Below, piece after piece: positions 34,824-46,759 of a stretch of 64,000 nucleotides of DNA. The DNA lies in the NCBI RefSeq assembly GCF_006345805.1, contig NC_043003.1:71982001-72046000 (forward strand). The letters run 5' to 3'. Position numbers and translations under genes: made by a program. The stretch's first letter is position 1. Each line of letters begins with the position of its first letter. A model generated the notes under the pieces. That model searched no databases, was not told the origin of the DNA, and saw only the letters and a list, made by a program, of their open reading frames with translations. The stretch is from Octopus sinensis (taxonomy: Eukaryota).

Positions 34824-36248
34824 TTAGATAGTCGCATATCCCGCAATTGGGTCTTCCACATTTTTTACTGTCGGCTTCTGTGTTGAAGAGTGAATTCGGG
34901 CTTGTGTTAGGAGACTTTTCATGGATCTAGGCTGTCTTTTGCTTTTTATGATCGTGTGTGTTTGGAGGATTGTGTTCATTCTGTGGTCTTTTTTTAGGAG
35001 GGGTATGTTGTGGAGGATGGTGCCGAAGGCTTCGTTATTAAGAGGGTTGTGTGTGGAGATGTATGGTAAGGCTTTTGGTTGTAAGTTTTTCTTTGATTTG
35101 GGATGTCTCAGTTCCTTGATGTTAAGTTGAAGGGCACGTTGAATGCACTTGTCAATAAGTGAAGGTGGATAGTTCCTGGTGATAAGGGTATCTTTTAGTT
35201 CTTGTAGTCGTGTGTCCCTGGTGTTTGCGTTAGAGACTATAGTGCATATCCTTTTTGCTAGATTGAAGGGGATATTCATCCTGGTGTGTCTGGGGTGGCA
35301 TGAATTGAATGGAAGATATTGCTTAGAGTCTGTAGGCTTATAGTATATGTCTGTTTCTATTATATTATTAGCTTTCTTAATGAGGATATCGAGGAAGGGG
35401 AGTTGTTGCTGGCTATATTCCATCGTGAATTGGATGTTTACGTCCAGTCCGTTTAAAATTTCCTGGAATTCTATGAGTTTTTCTATATTTTTATGCCAAA
35501 GGATGAAACAGTCATCTAGATATCTCTTCCAGTTGTTTTCTATGTAGATGGAGAAAGGGCTGCCATATCTTTCTAGAACCTTACGATACAGACTGATCTC
35601 TAGGTATCCTATGACTAGGTTGGCAAAGGAGGGGGCCATTCGTGTACCCATCGCAGTCCCCGATTTTTGTCGGTAGAAGTTGTCATTGAAGGCGAAGAAG
35701 TTATTTTCCAGGATGAATTTAACCCCTTCTATCACAAATTCTTTTTTGATGCGGTGTGGTAGTTCGTTGGCGTGATTCTCTAGCCAGAATTGGATTGCCT
35801 CTATTCCTAGGTTGCGGGGGATATTGGAGTAGAGGTTGACTACATCGAAGGATACCAGTATGGTGTTTTTGTTTATAGTATTCGGTAGGTGATTGAGCAT
35901 ATCTAAGTCGTCCCTTATATAGCTTTTGACATGTTTGAGGAGTGGTTTTAACAGGGTGTCTAAAAAGTTACTGAGGCGGTGGGTTTCGCATGCGGGACCT
36001 GCTATTATGGGTCTCAATTTGAGGTCATTAGGATTAGGGACTTTAATTATTTTGTCTGTAGCTATCTTGCATGCGTTGCTTATTTTTTCACTTTTGTGGA
36101 TCTTAGGTATACCGTAGAATTGGCTAGTTTTACTTGTGAAATTGGTCATGTAATCATATTCTTTGTCGGTGAGCCCTGCTTTGTATGGGTTTAATATGGA
36201 TTTTTGACTTGTTTTTTCATATATATCAACTCGTGTGTTCCTTTCCAC
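34824..36248 (-). CDS. Open PLE reverse transcriptase frame (474 aa, 5'-truncated element)
   Basis: Uninterrupted ORF in the supplied track containing all RT motifs. The first codons are probably junction sequence rather than a true start. Confidence 0.75.
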   Translation of the reverse strand: MERNTRVDIYEKTSQKSILNPYKAGLTDKEYDYMTNFTSKTSQFYGIPKIHKSEKISNACKIATDKIIKVPNPNDLKLRPIIAGPACETHRLSNFLDTLLKPLLKHVKSYIRDDLDMLNHLPNTINKNTILVSFDVVNLYSNIPRNLGIEAIQFWLENHANELPHRIKKEFVIEGVKFILENNFFAFNDNFYRQKSGTAMGTRMAPSFANLVIGYLEISLYRKVLERYGSPFSIYIENNWKRYLDDCFILWHKNIEKLIEFQEILNGLDVNIQFTMEYSQQQLPFLDILIKKANNIIETDIYYKPTDSKQYLPFNSCHPRHTRMNIPFNLAKRICTIVSNANTRDTRLQELKDTLITRNYPPSLIDKCIQRALQLNIKELRHPKSKKNLQPKALPYISTHNPLNNEAFGTILHNIPLLKKDHRMNTILQTHTIIKSKRQPRSMKSLLTQARIHSSTQKPTVKNVEDPIAGYATI

Positions 36249-36471
36249 CCTTATACATATATATATATATAGTTGAAATTTATAGAAATAGACGAAAACA
36301 AAGGAATAAGAGAAAATAACCAGAGACAGAATGAAAAAACCTGTAGATTTCAGCGGTCTAGCATAGTGAATGAATGGGAGAAAAAGTGGTTGGAAGGAAG
36401 GGAGATAATAATGATGATGATGATGATAATAATAATAATAATAATGATAATAATAATAATAATAATAATAA

Positions 36472-36511
<40 letters not shown>

Positions 36512-36668
36512 GTGAGGGAAGAAATGGAGCTGAACGAAGATTTTACAAAATTCCTTTTTATTATTCTCTACATATGTACAACCGTGATTTTTCTGTTGTG
36601 ATTTTTGCTACCCAGGTATCGGTTATAATTTGAATAATCCGTAACAAGATAATTCATTTATCCATTTC

Positions 36669-36701
<33 letters not shown>

Positions 36702-36715
36702 GGTCGTAAAATGTA

Positions 36716-36965
36716 CATGCAAGTGGCTGAGTACTCCACAGACACATGTCTCCTTGAAGTAATTTTCAAGGAAAATCAGTGTGACACAGAATGCGACAAC
36801 GCTGACTCTTCGAAATACAGGTATCACACACTTTTGCCAGCTGAGTTAACTGGAGCAACGTGAACTAAAGCGTCTTGCTCACGGAGACACTTTCCCGCTA
36901 CGTATCGAATTCAGGATATCGAATGTGAGCCGGTTACTTCTAACCACTGAGCCTCACATCTTCAC
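36716..36965 (-). mobile_element. SINE family D (different head/core, 3' module shared with family C)
   Basis: 36716-36830 (gcaagtggctgagtactccacagacac...gaaatacaggta) matches 44801-44905. The remainder has a tRNA-like head ending ...aaccactgagcc. Confidence 0.65.
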
Positions 36966-37170
36966 ACACTCACACACACATACAGACACACAGACACACG
37001 CACACAAACTCATACACATTCTTTTATTCTAATATTTTTTATTTGTCTTAGACATTTTTGACCGCGGCTATGCCGGAGCACCGACTTGAAAATGGCCTCA
37101 TCGGCGTGGAATGGAGCCCCAGTCTCCTGCGTGACAGACGAAAATACTTACCACTATACTACCGAGGATT

Positions 37171-37211
<41 letters not shown>

Positions 37212-38172
37212 TATGTATATATATATATATATATACACACATATATATATACATATATATGTATATATATATATATACACACATACATACATAGACGTAC
37301 ACACACTCACAAGGCACACACACACACACGCACGCACACGTATGTTGCAGCGTGCACAGTATGTCACAGTATGTCTCATTATTACTACCTACGTAATAGC
37401 TGTACTGTAATAAAGTCCATTAAATAATTCTCGGCTAAATTCATATAATGAGTCAAGCATTGCCAGGCACAGCAGAGGCCGCCTGTATTCGTTCGATCTA
37501 CGCGATACGCCGCCCCCACTAAAATATCTTTTATCTTCCCACTCTGGTAACACCTCTGTTGACATACTTGCTAATTATATACACTCATTTGCACCAATTT
37601 CTGTTTTTTTTTTGTATATTCTATTTATTTAGTTTCTTTCTGGGTTCGGGATTATTTTCCCATAGTTTATCTTATTTTATATTTTGTAAAAAGAATTAAA
37701 ATAAAAAAGTATAAAAAATATTGCATACAAATGTGTGTCTACAGTGATGAATGAAACTGATGTTAATGTTAATATAGGCGCTTATATTCATCCTCCCTCG
37801 CAAATACATTCACGCACACGCGCTCGAGCACGCATTCATATATACACATACACACATAATTAGATATGTTCCTGTCACTGCATACTCTGCTTTACGTCTT
37901 GAGTTCTTTCTCTTCAGTTCGTAAAATTAAACGCCCTAGTCTGTGCGAGCATTTTTGTATATATGCATGGATGTGCGTTTACTTATGTGTGTGTATGTGT
38001 TTTGTGCGTGTGTGTGTATGTGTTTTGTGCGTGTGTGTGTGAGTGTGTATGTATGTATGTATGTATGTATATATGTAAGTATATATATATATCTTTTAGT
38101 ATGTGACCTCGTCTGTATCATTAGCGATTTTTTTCCTCTGTCTTCCCTTCTCGGGATCTTTCCTTCTCCTAT

Positions 38173-38207
38173 GTTTCCGACGAAGAGCTCCGCTCGAAAC
38201 GTCAAAC
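38173..38207 (+). ncRNA. Minimal dimer-type hammerhead variant (U4->C, extra A)
   Basis: GTTT CCGACGA A GAGC tcc GCTC GAAA CG TC | AAAC, inside a ~215-bp unit (38085-38300) ending in (TA)n. Confidence 0.65.
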
Positions 38208-38299
38208 CCTCCTTCTTCCTTTCTTTTCTGAGCGTCCAATAATACTTTATTTGTTCCTCGTCCTTGCGTTGTTGTCTTTTTGTTTTCTTGTTTGGATTA

Positions 38300-38359
<60 letters not shown>

Positions 38360-38668
38360 GATAAGATCATTAATTTAAAATAAAATAACGATCTTATCAA
38401 GCGGCCAGCATGGAAACAATAACCTTCAAAGGTAATAATTATTAATATTATAACTTAGGGTATCTACGATATATATATATATACCAGAGTAATCACGTAA
38501 ATGTGAAGCAAGGTTGAAAAGAATAGTTCTCGAATAACGGAGGTAGAGTAATATGCTTTATTAACAAAGCGGCAAAGACATCACAAAAGCTATTACCCAG
38601 ACATTCTCGTTTGAGATCCTCAACCAAAACTGTCCAACGAACGTAAACGTAAAGTATATAGATATGTA

Positions 38669-38699
<31 letters not shown>

Positions 38700-38720
38700 G
38701 TACACACATATATATATATG

Positions 38721-38793
<73 letters not shown>

Positions 38794-38989
38794 CAAAAAT
38801 GGGACAAGAACGCAAAACATCCGGACAGTTAGGTGATATAAAAAAGGGACAACAAAACAGCCAGGCAGTCGATAGATATAGGACGAAAGCTGCCGTTGAT
38901 TAGCTCCAAGAGGCAATCGCCTCTAGCTAGCTATATGACATACGAAAGATAATTACATTAAAAATAAGATAAATAGTAGTAAAACTGAT

Positions 38990-39690
38990 TGGCTCATTAT
39001 TCCGTACGGAAGCAAATTAAATCTAATCTCCCATTGCAGTTTCATGAAGCTATTATTAGGAATTTTCCAAAGAATTCTTGGTATTATTACTCTATTATCA
39101 ACACACATACGGTTAGGATTGGTTTTTCCAACACAAAAAAAATATCTTACAAATTATCTCTTCACATAATAACAACCTGTTAAATATTAATACATTTACT
39201 AATACTAACATTAATTTAGCTAGTACCATCCATCCCTCTAGAAATATTAACAACAAGGTTAATGTATCTGAAGTCAATTCCAACAGAATTAAGTTTCTGT
39301 CAAGTAACTCTAAAATTAAAAATTCTATATACCAGTGTAACATCATTACTCGTAATAAAGTACTATTTTACATTGGAAGCACGCCGTTACAGTTATCTAA
39401 AGTAATTCTATCCATTACACAACATTTAGGGATAGGAATAAACGTAACAGTACAGGGCTCAGTAAATTAATTTGAGAACTAAAAGACCACAACGAACAAT
39501 TTTTTTAGAATGGTTGATTCTCTCAATCTCGATACCTTATGACAAAGGCAAGGAATTCTGTCTTCTCTGTAATTCTGAACTATTTTTCATTATTTTTTTC
39601 TAAAAATCCCCTAGTAAAAACGGTTATAGAGCGTGCATACCGATGTCAACATTGGCAAAATACACCTTTAGTTCATATAAGTAATCTCTA
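38990..39690 (+). mobile_element. PLE GIY-YIG endonuclease 3' fragment
   Basis: NTHTVRIGFSNT, NSIYQCNI...FYIGST, RNSTGLSKLI, YDKGKEFCLLCNSE. Confidence 0.75.
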
Positions 39691-39886
39691 TTATTATATA
39701 TAATTTAAACATTAATTTTCTTTGTATATTTAACATTCACTAAAAAAATATCCCTATTTCTATAGGCTACTTCTGACGTTATAACATATAAAGTTTTTTC
39801 AAACAATATTAATAGTGTTCAGTAAATCACTATACATTTCCATAATTTTCTGTTAAAATATCTTATTGACGAGTTTCATTTCTTCA

Positions 39887-39972
39887 CTTTCCTGAAGGGA
39901 AGATTACATTGTTTTACACCATTGATTCCTTTGGAATAATATCAGTAATATCTTCGAAACATGTGTCAGAAG
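39887..39972 (+). ncRNA. Degenerate type I hammerhead with long stem II
   Basis: CTTTC CTGAAGG GAAGAT...ATCTTC GAAA CATGTG TC | AGAAG. A9->G. Stem III ACATGTGT is one change from palindromic ACACGTGT. Lies about 200 bp after the GIY-YIG fragment. Confidence 0.55.
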
Positions 39973-40006
39973 TAAAAGTATTTGAATTAAACCTGCGTTA
40001 AACTCC

Positions 40007-40060
<54 letters not shown>

Positions 40061-41114
40061 TACGTACCTATATACAAACACACTCACACACACACAAACG
40101 CATACACACACAAGCACATATACAAACACACACACACATATATATAGAGAGAGGCAGAGATGAGATAGATAGATAGATCAGCATTCACATATAGGGGATA
40201 TCTGAAATTTGAGAGACCTGTTATGTACTGTGGCAAAACTTACTCAACAAGATAGTTTTTAGAAGTTTCTTTATTCGATGCGGAAATGAATGAGAACCTG
40301 TCCTTAAGAGTAATCGAAAGAGGGAAAGGAAGGAATGGAAAGCATAAAACATTTTGTATTCAGATTATGTAATATTTACATGCATATGCACATATGTATA
40401 CACACAGAGAGACATACATTCCGTCTACCAAATTCATTCGCAAGGTATGATGTCGTGCAGTAGGACAAAACCTGAAACCACGCAGTGGCAAAGGGAGAAT
40501 TTTCACCCATACCTATATAAATTTAATTTTGTATCGATTTGAATTTGTTACAGTCTGTAGTTAGTGGTCATTATGTATAGTAGTATTTCATCCTTTTTAG
40601 AAATCTTCAGTATGACAGCTTGTAAATTTGTTAATAAGATATATTAAGAAGAAATACATTAAAGTGAAATATTTTCATGTTTTTAAGAGAAAGTCATGGG
40701 TTTAATAATTGAGAGAGGGGGAGAAAGCTCATAGAGTTTGCATATAGAATAATACCAGTTTCCGAGATGTTCCACTTCGTAGCATTCGAAGTGGAAGTGT
40801 TTTGTAGCATTCGATAATTACAACATTAATTACAAACGATTTTAAAAACCTTCATCGATATTCGTTAGGTGTAGCATCTATTTTGGTTGTTGTTTTCTAA
40901 AGTCAATCAGGCTTCCATTCTTAAATTCACGCACACGGATCAACTTTAGAAGCTACGAAGAGATTTATATGAAACGATAATCAACGCTATTCAAAGATGT
41001 GTGAGGCCCTCTGGATGGCCATTATTATAAAATGAGGTATCTGTCTCCTCACAGCATGAAGCAAAATTAGAAATTTGAATTTGAAGTTAAGGAATATAAG
41101 AAGGATGCAAGGAG

Positions 41115-41171
<57 letters not shown>

Positions 41172-42787
41172 TGTTTTAACATTGCAGCTACCGAAATGTG
41201 TTATGACACAAGCAGAAATAAAGCATCCATATTCGATCCCGAATCAATTGATCGGTTGCCCAGCCATGTGGAAATTAAATAGCTTATGAAGTTTTATAAA
41301 CTATTTTGTATGAATACTAAACTCCAATTTCAACATGCCAATCGAAAAAAAAAAGAATAAATAAAAATGAAAATAGCAGTTAGTTTGCAAACTGAAGTTC
41401 AGTAATATTCATAATTTGAATTCCTTATTTGCATAATAATCAGGAGATCGAACAAATTAACCGGAAAAATATTTAATATCTAAATGAAGCGCTCACGAAG
41501 ACTGTTCCAGACACGACAATGATAAACTTGAATTACAAGAAAAAAAATGACTCCAGTCACTAACACTTTCATATTGAATGACTGGAGTAATTTTAGCCTT
41601 TAGCAAATCCTTTAGCAAAATTCGGGCTCATGTGGATAATGGATGATTCCTTGATTCCTTTTTAGTTGTGGCATTGGATAACTTCGAGTTCACCATAGTA
41701 TCTTTAAGGAACCACTGTTGAAGAAAGTACAAAAACTTTAAGCAGAGTGTAAATAACGTCTGCTTGAATCTTTATAGCCGTTATAAAACAGAGAAACTTG
41801 TATGCATTGAAGTGTGAGAATTGAAACTTTTCTCTTAATCTGTGGCGCTCTCTATATTTGAATACAGAAACATTTTGGGGTTTTGAGGAGTGGAATATTG
41901 TAACTAACATAAACTTTCATAAGGTATTGTCCATGATGATTCAACTTTGGTTTCAGCTGAGATCGACATGCAAGCAGCTTATCATTTCCTCTACAACGTA
42001 AAACATACTTATCTGTAATGTATCGCTGAGATATTCTAATATATTCTATTGTATGCTGTATAATTTGGACCCTAGAATATTTTACCGCAGCTGTTGATAT
42101 AATAAAAAGCTAGTTTCCGTGTCCAGCTACAATAGCTACATTTTTTTTTTATTTTCATTAAATATTCAGACATCTCTGAATAAACCTTACTGAATGCAAA
42201 ACCTTTTTTTGTCTTATCAAAAGAAAGCATTAAGTTGTTGTCATTTAACCAAAGGTTAACCAAGATATCATCCAAATAATTTTAGGCGAATCTAAACCGT
42301 CTTTTCTTTATTAAGTTTAGAAAGTATAGTTTGAGGGATATTTAGTTGCTAGTTCACTCTGGACAAGTGACCACTCAAAGTGGCAAATGGATGAGTAGAC
42401 AAGGTGTCTGAATGAGAGCTAATGATTGAGACTTTAATTTTGTTAAATACACTTTATTATGTCAGACGATACGAGACAGAAAACCACGCCAGTATTTTGG
42501 ATCAAGTTATTGCTTATCATAGATAGCGGAGTCTAAAGGTCAGAAAGCGGGACATATTTTGCCTTCCCCTGTATTTAAAATATATAAAAAAATTTATGCA
42601 GATATGACAAATGATACTCTCCAGGGAATAACAAATGGACGTTTTAAAAACATGGGTGTTACAAAAGAATATGCTTGATTGTTATTGCAGACATCTAAAA
42701 AGCACCGTTAAGAAAAGAATATAAGCTTTAACTGTTTATAAAAAGAAACAATATTTATGAATAATGATTTTATAAACAGTGCAAGTG

Positions 42788-42830
<43 letters not shown>

Positions 42831-42844
42831 TTTGTGTCTCTACA

Positions 42845-43215
42845 GACGTGGTAAGAAGTTTGTTTCGCAGCCTCATGGTTCCGAGTTCAGTCTCACTGTG
42901 TGGCATCTTGGGAGAGTGTGTTTTATAGTCACGGGCCGATCAAAAGCTTGTGAATGGATTTGGTTGACGGAAACTGAAAGAGGACCGTCGTCTATACATA
43001 TATTTCTATGTGTGTGTCTGTGTGTCTGTGTTTAACGACCAGTGTTGGTGTTTACGCCCCCGTAACTTAGCGGTTCAGCAAAAGCACCAGATAGATTAAG
43101 CACCAGGCTTGAAAAACTATGTACTAGGGTTAATCCATTCAACTAAATATCTCTCCAAGGTGGTGTCCCAGCATAACTGCGGTCTAATAATTCAAACAAG
43201 TAAAAAATAAAAGAC
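42845..43215 (+). mobile_element. Diverged SINE family A
   Basis: Head, CA/TG tract and tail all recognisable. Confidence 0.75.
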
Positions 43216-43701
43216 AAACAGTATCTTTTATCTTTTACCTGTTATAATTCTGATTGCTTGAGACGTATAAAGATTCATGATGAAACCGAGAAGAAATCAA
43301 TTGGGGTGTGTATGTACGCGTGTGTTTCGATACGTAGTTATGTGCGTAATGTTAAATGATATAAAATTCAATAAAATAAGATGGAAAGATATAAATGAAA
43401 CAGTATCATGAGATAAGAGTTTAAAATAAAATATAAACAATAGTCATGAAAATGTGAGACGCTTCCGGGGGTGGGGGAATCGTTGGAAAACGGATTATAG
43501 CTGTGACTCGATCAATTCCTAGTGTTACCCGAAGAAGGAATTGATATATACCGAAATTTTATATCAGACTATGGATGATTAAATTATAACAGTTATTATA
43601 ATCCATTGTTGTTGTTATAGTGCATTGTTGTGGCATTCAAAACACATTATTTTTTACAAACAATACACAATGCTTCAAGCGAACTACAGTATTTTCCTAT
43701 A

Positions 43702-43737
<36 letters not shown>

Positions 43738-43751
43738 TGTATGTATGTATG

Positions 43752-43782
<31 letters not shown>

Positions 43783-43795
43783 GTATATATATATA

Positions 43796-43836
<41 letters not shown>

Positions 43837-43845
43837 AGAGAGAGT

Positions 43846-43898
<53 letters not shown>

Positions 43899-44141
43899 GT
43901 TTCTTTATTGGCCACACAGGGCTACACACAGATGGGACAAATTACAAGGTAGAGCTTTTCTTTTGGGGGATGAAAAAAACAAAAAAACAAAAAAACAAAA
44001 GAAACAAAAAAAAGATAGATATAGAGAGAAAAGGTCACCAGAATTTTGGAAAAAATATTTTTATCTATTCATTCTTATTAGCGCTTTCGTTCGTTTCTGG
44101 AACGTGTGTGTGTGTGCATATTTATATGAATTTTTTATTGT

Positions 44142-44485
44142 TTACTTGTTTTAGTCAATGCCCTTCGGCCATGCTGGGGCACCGCGTTTTAGTATTTGGT
44201 CGAAGAAACCGACCCAGCGTTTATCTATTTTTAATCTGCTAGGAATTACATCAGTACTTTTGCCGAACCGGTAAGTTACGGAGTCGTAAGCAAACCAAAA
44301 ACAGTTGTCGGTGGGTAGTGGGGTAGAAGCACAATAACACACATACACTCGTCTGTTATATCTATATATGATGGGTTTCCACACACTTTCTATCTACTAA
44401 AGTCACAAAGAACGTATTAGTCGGCTATAGATATGTGCCCAATGTGGTGCACAGTTGAACTGAACCCGAAATCATGCGGTTGAAA
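44142..44485 (-). mobile_element. Diverged SINE family A
   Basis: ggccatgctggggcaccgc, ttttgccgaaccg and ctgaacccg segments in reverse orientation. Confidence 0.65.
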
Positions 44486-44720
44486 ATCGACAATAACAAC
44501 AATAACAACAACGCGACTAACAACAAACCAACAACAACAACAACTACCATGATCGCAGCAGCTTGGGCGAACACACAAATACAGTGTATTACAAGAACGA
44601 TACAAAATGTCGGATAAAAAGGCAGCAGCAGCGGTAACGGGGCAAGGAACATGGTTGAGGGGAGGGTCATAGCATTACTAAGTACAATGACACAAACACA
44701 CACACACATACACACACACA

Positions 44721-45101
44721 TGGAAGCACTCCGTCGGTTACGACGACGAGGGTTCCGGTTGATCCGATCAAAGGAACAGCCTGCTCGTGAAATTAACGTG
44801 TAAGTGGCTGAGCACTCCACAGACACGTGTACCCTTAACGTAGTTCTTGGGGATATTCAGCGTGACACAGAGAGTGACAAGGCCGGCCCTTTGAAATACA
44901 GGTACAACAGAAACAGGAAGTAAGAGTGAGAGAAAGTCGTGGTGAAAGAGTACAGCAGGGATCACCACCATCCCCTGCCGGAGCCTCGTGGAGCTTTAGG
45001 TGTTTTCGCTCAATAAACACTCACAACGCCCGGTCTGGGAGTCGAAATTGCGATCCTACGACCGCGAGTCCGCTGCCCTAACCACTGGGCCATTGCGCCT
45101 C
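44721..45101 (-). mobile_element. Full-length tRNA-derived SINE family C
   Basis: Minus head gaggcgcaatggcccagtggttagggcagcgg...tttcgactccc. Body near-identical to 51716-52206. Confidence 0.92.
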
Positions 45102-45876
45102 ACTACACACGCATACACACATACGCACACACACACACACAAACAAACACAGACGCATACGCATATGACGATACACATCATAGAACAAAATAGAATAAGC
45201 AGAGCAAGAGCACACACGAGGACGGAAAGTGTCGGTGAGGAGGTCACAGATGTGCTGGGCAAAGATTCCGTACAATAAACATGTGTTAGAATGAGAACAC
45301 TGCCAAATACCAAGAAAATCGTTATTCCTGCAACTTACTATTCAAGATTTATGAAACTTAATAATTTTACGCAAATTCATAACGTGTTAACGCATTAAGG
45401 AATGACGTGACATTAAAACTATAAATAGGGTAGTTTAAAGTGTAAACACCGATTTCTGCAAATTATTATTAGATTAGCAAATTATACGAAAAACGATATC
45501 CAATCTCACACATCAACAGAAAGTAAAGCATTGGCAGATCATTAGAAATATATATACCAAAATCCCAATGGTAATAATGCATACTTAAACGGTCATAGAA
45601 AAACAACAAATAGTATGTACAAAAGCTAAAATAAAATGAAATTGAATTAAATTACATTAAACAAATAATTTGATGTTAAATGTTGAAGACAGAAATAAGA
45701 AACTCTTGAAATACTTTAAGTATAGTGTCACTATGAATGTATGACATAAACAGTTTAGAAAGAATTATTATTATATCTAAATTTAAATGAATAGATATTT
45801 TGAAAAACGTATCAGTGTCATAAATACGTTATACCAGAATACACAATTAATAACATGAAATGTCACACACGCATAC

Positions 45877-45907
<31 letters not shown>

Positions 45908-46611
45908 TGTATGTATGTATGTATGTATGTATGTATGTACACACACACCCACACAATATATATATGTATGTATGTTTGTCTGTCTGTCTGTCTGTCTGTA
46001 TGTATGTATGTATATACCCGTAGAGAAACTCGGGTTGGTGTCAAAGGGTGTTGTAATAAGCCCACTGAGAATGAGTGATCCCTGGTCTTTGTCAAGGCGT
46101 CCTTCTAAGAGGAGGTCAACTCTTATATAAAACCTGCTGCTCTACTGAGCCAGATACCTTGCTCTTTGCTTGTCTCTGGGCTTCTTGGTATACTTAATGT
46201 TGTGTCAGCCGCGCTTAACTTAAGACTGCCACGGGTATTTTTGACGCTTAATTCTTCTCAGCAATGATCAAGTTCATTTAACGAGTAGACAACCATCATA
46301 TATGTATGCATAAGTACATGATGGCGCGCACACGCACGCACACACACATACACACACGCACACGCACACACGCACACGCACACAGGCACACGCACACACA
46401 ACCTTCCACATACACAACACACACAAACACATATATACACGCACGTACATATACTTCTACACACACTCACACGCACATAGACACATCTACATCCTCACAC
46501 GTACACACATACACGCGCGCGCGCTCTCACACACACGCTGTTACACACATATATGCCACCATCACTCACACACATACACCTCCCTTTTCTTTGCACATTC
46601 TTGTTTTTCCT

Positions 46612-46646
46612 GTTTCCGAAGGAGAGCTATGCTCGAAACGTAAAAC
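46612..46646 (+). ncRNA. Minimal dimer-type hammerhead variant (sister of 38173-38207)
   Basis: GTTT CCGAAGG A GAGC tat GCTC GAAA CG TA | AAAC. Confidence 0.55.
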
Positions 46647-46759
46647 AACTACTCTTTTCTCTCTCCGAGCGTTTATTAATACTTAGCATGTGCTACGCCC
46701 TCACGCTGGGTTTTTCTTTTTCTTCACTTTTTCTCTATTTTTTCTTTTAATTAACGACT

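Larger units (their letters stand above)
33665..36250 (-). mobile_element. Penelope-like element (Neptune-like: RT + Cys linker + GIY-YIG), 5'-truncated
   Basis: RT motifs FYGIPKIHK, LRPIIAG, SFDVVNLYSNIP, GTAMGTRMAPSFANL, RYLDDCF, PFLDILI. After frameshifts: CGRPNCGIC, NLIYSLTCSGCQEQYIG, KENLFIIKYRPLLN, stop near 34453. Confidence 0.92.

Noticed and set aside
41640-42300. Possible very old LINE RT tail on the minus strand (NLWLNDNNLMLSFDKTK)
   Set aside because: A single weak motif with many stops. Cannot be supported without a profile search.
44960-45101. tRNA gene candidates (also 28040-28131, 29870-29964, 14590-14674)
   Set aside because: A/B-box-like heads continue directly into SINE bodies repeated elsewhere in the window, with no complete cloverleaf.
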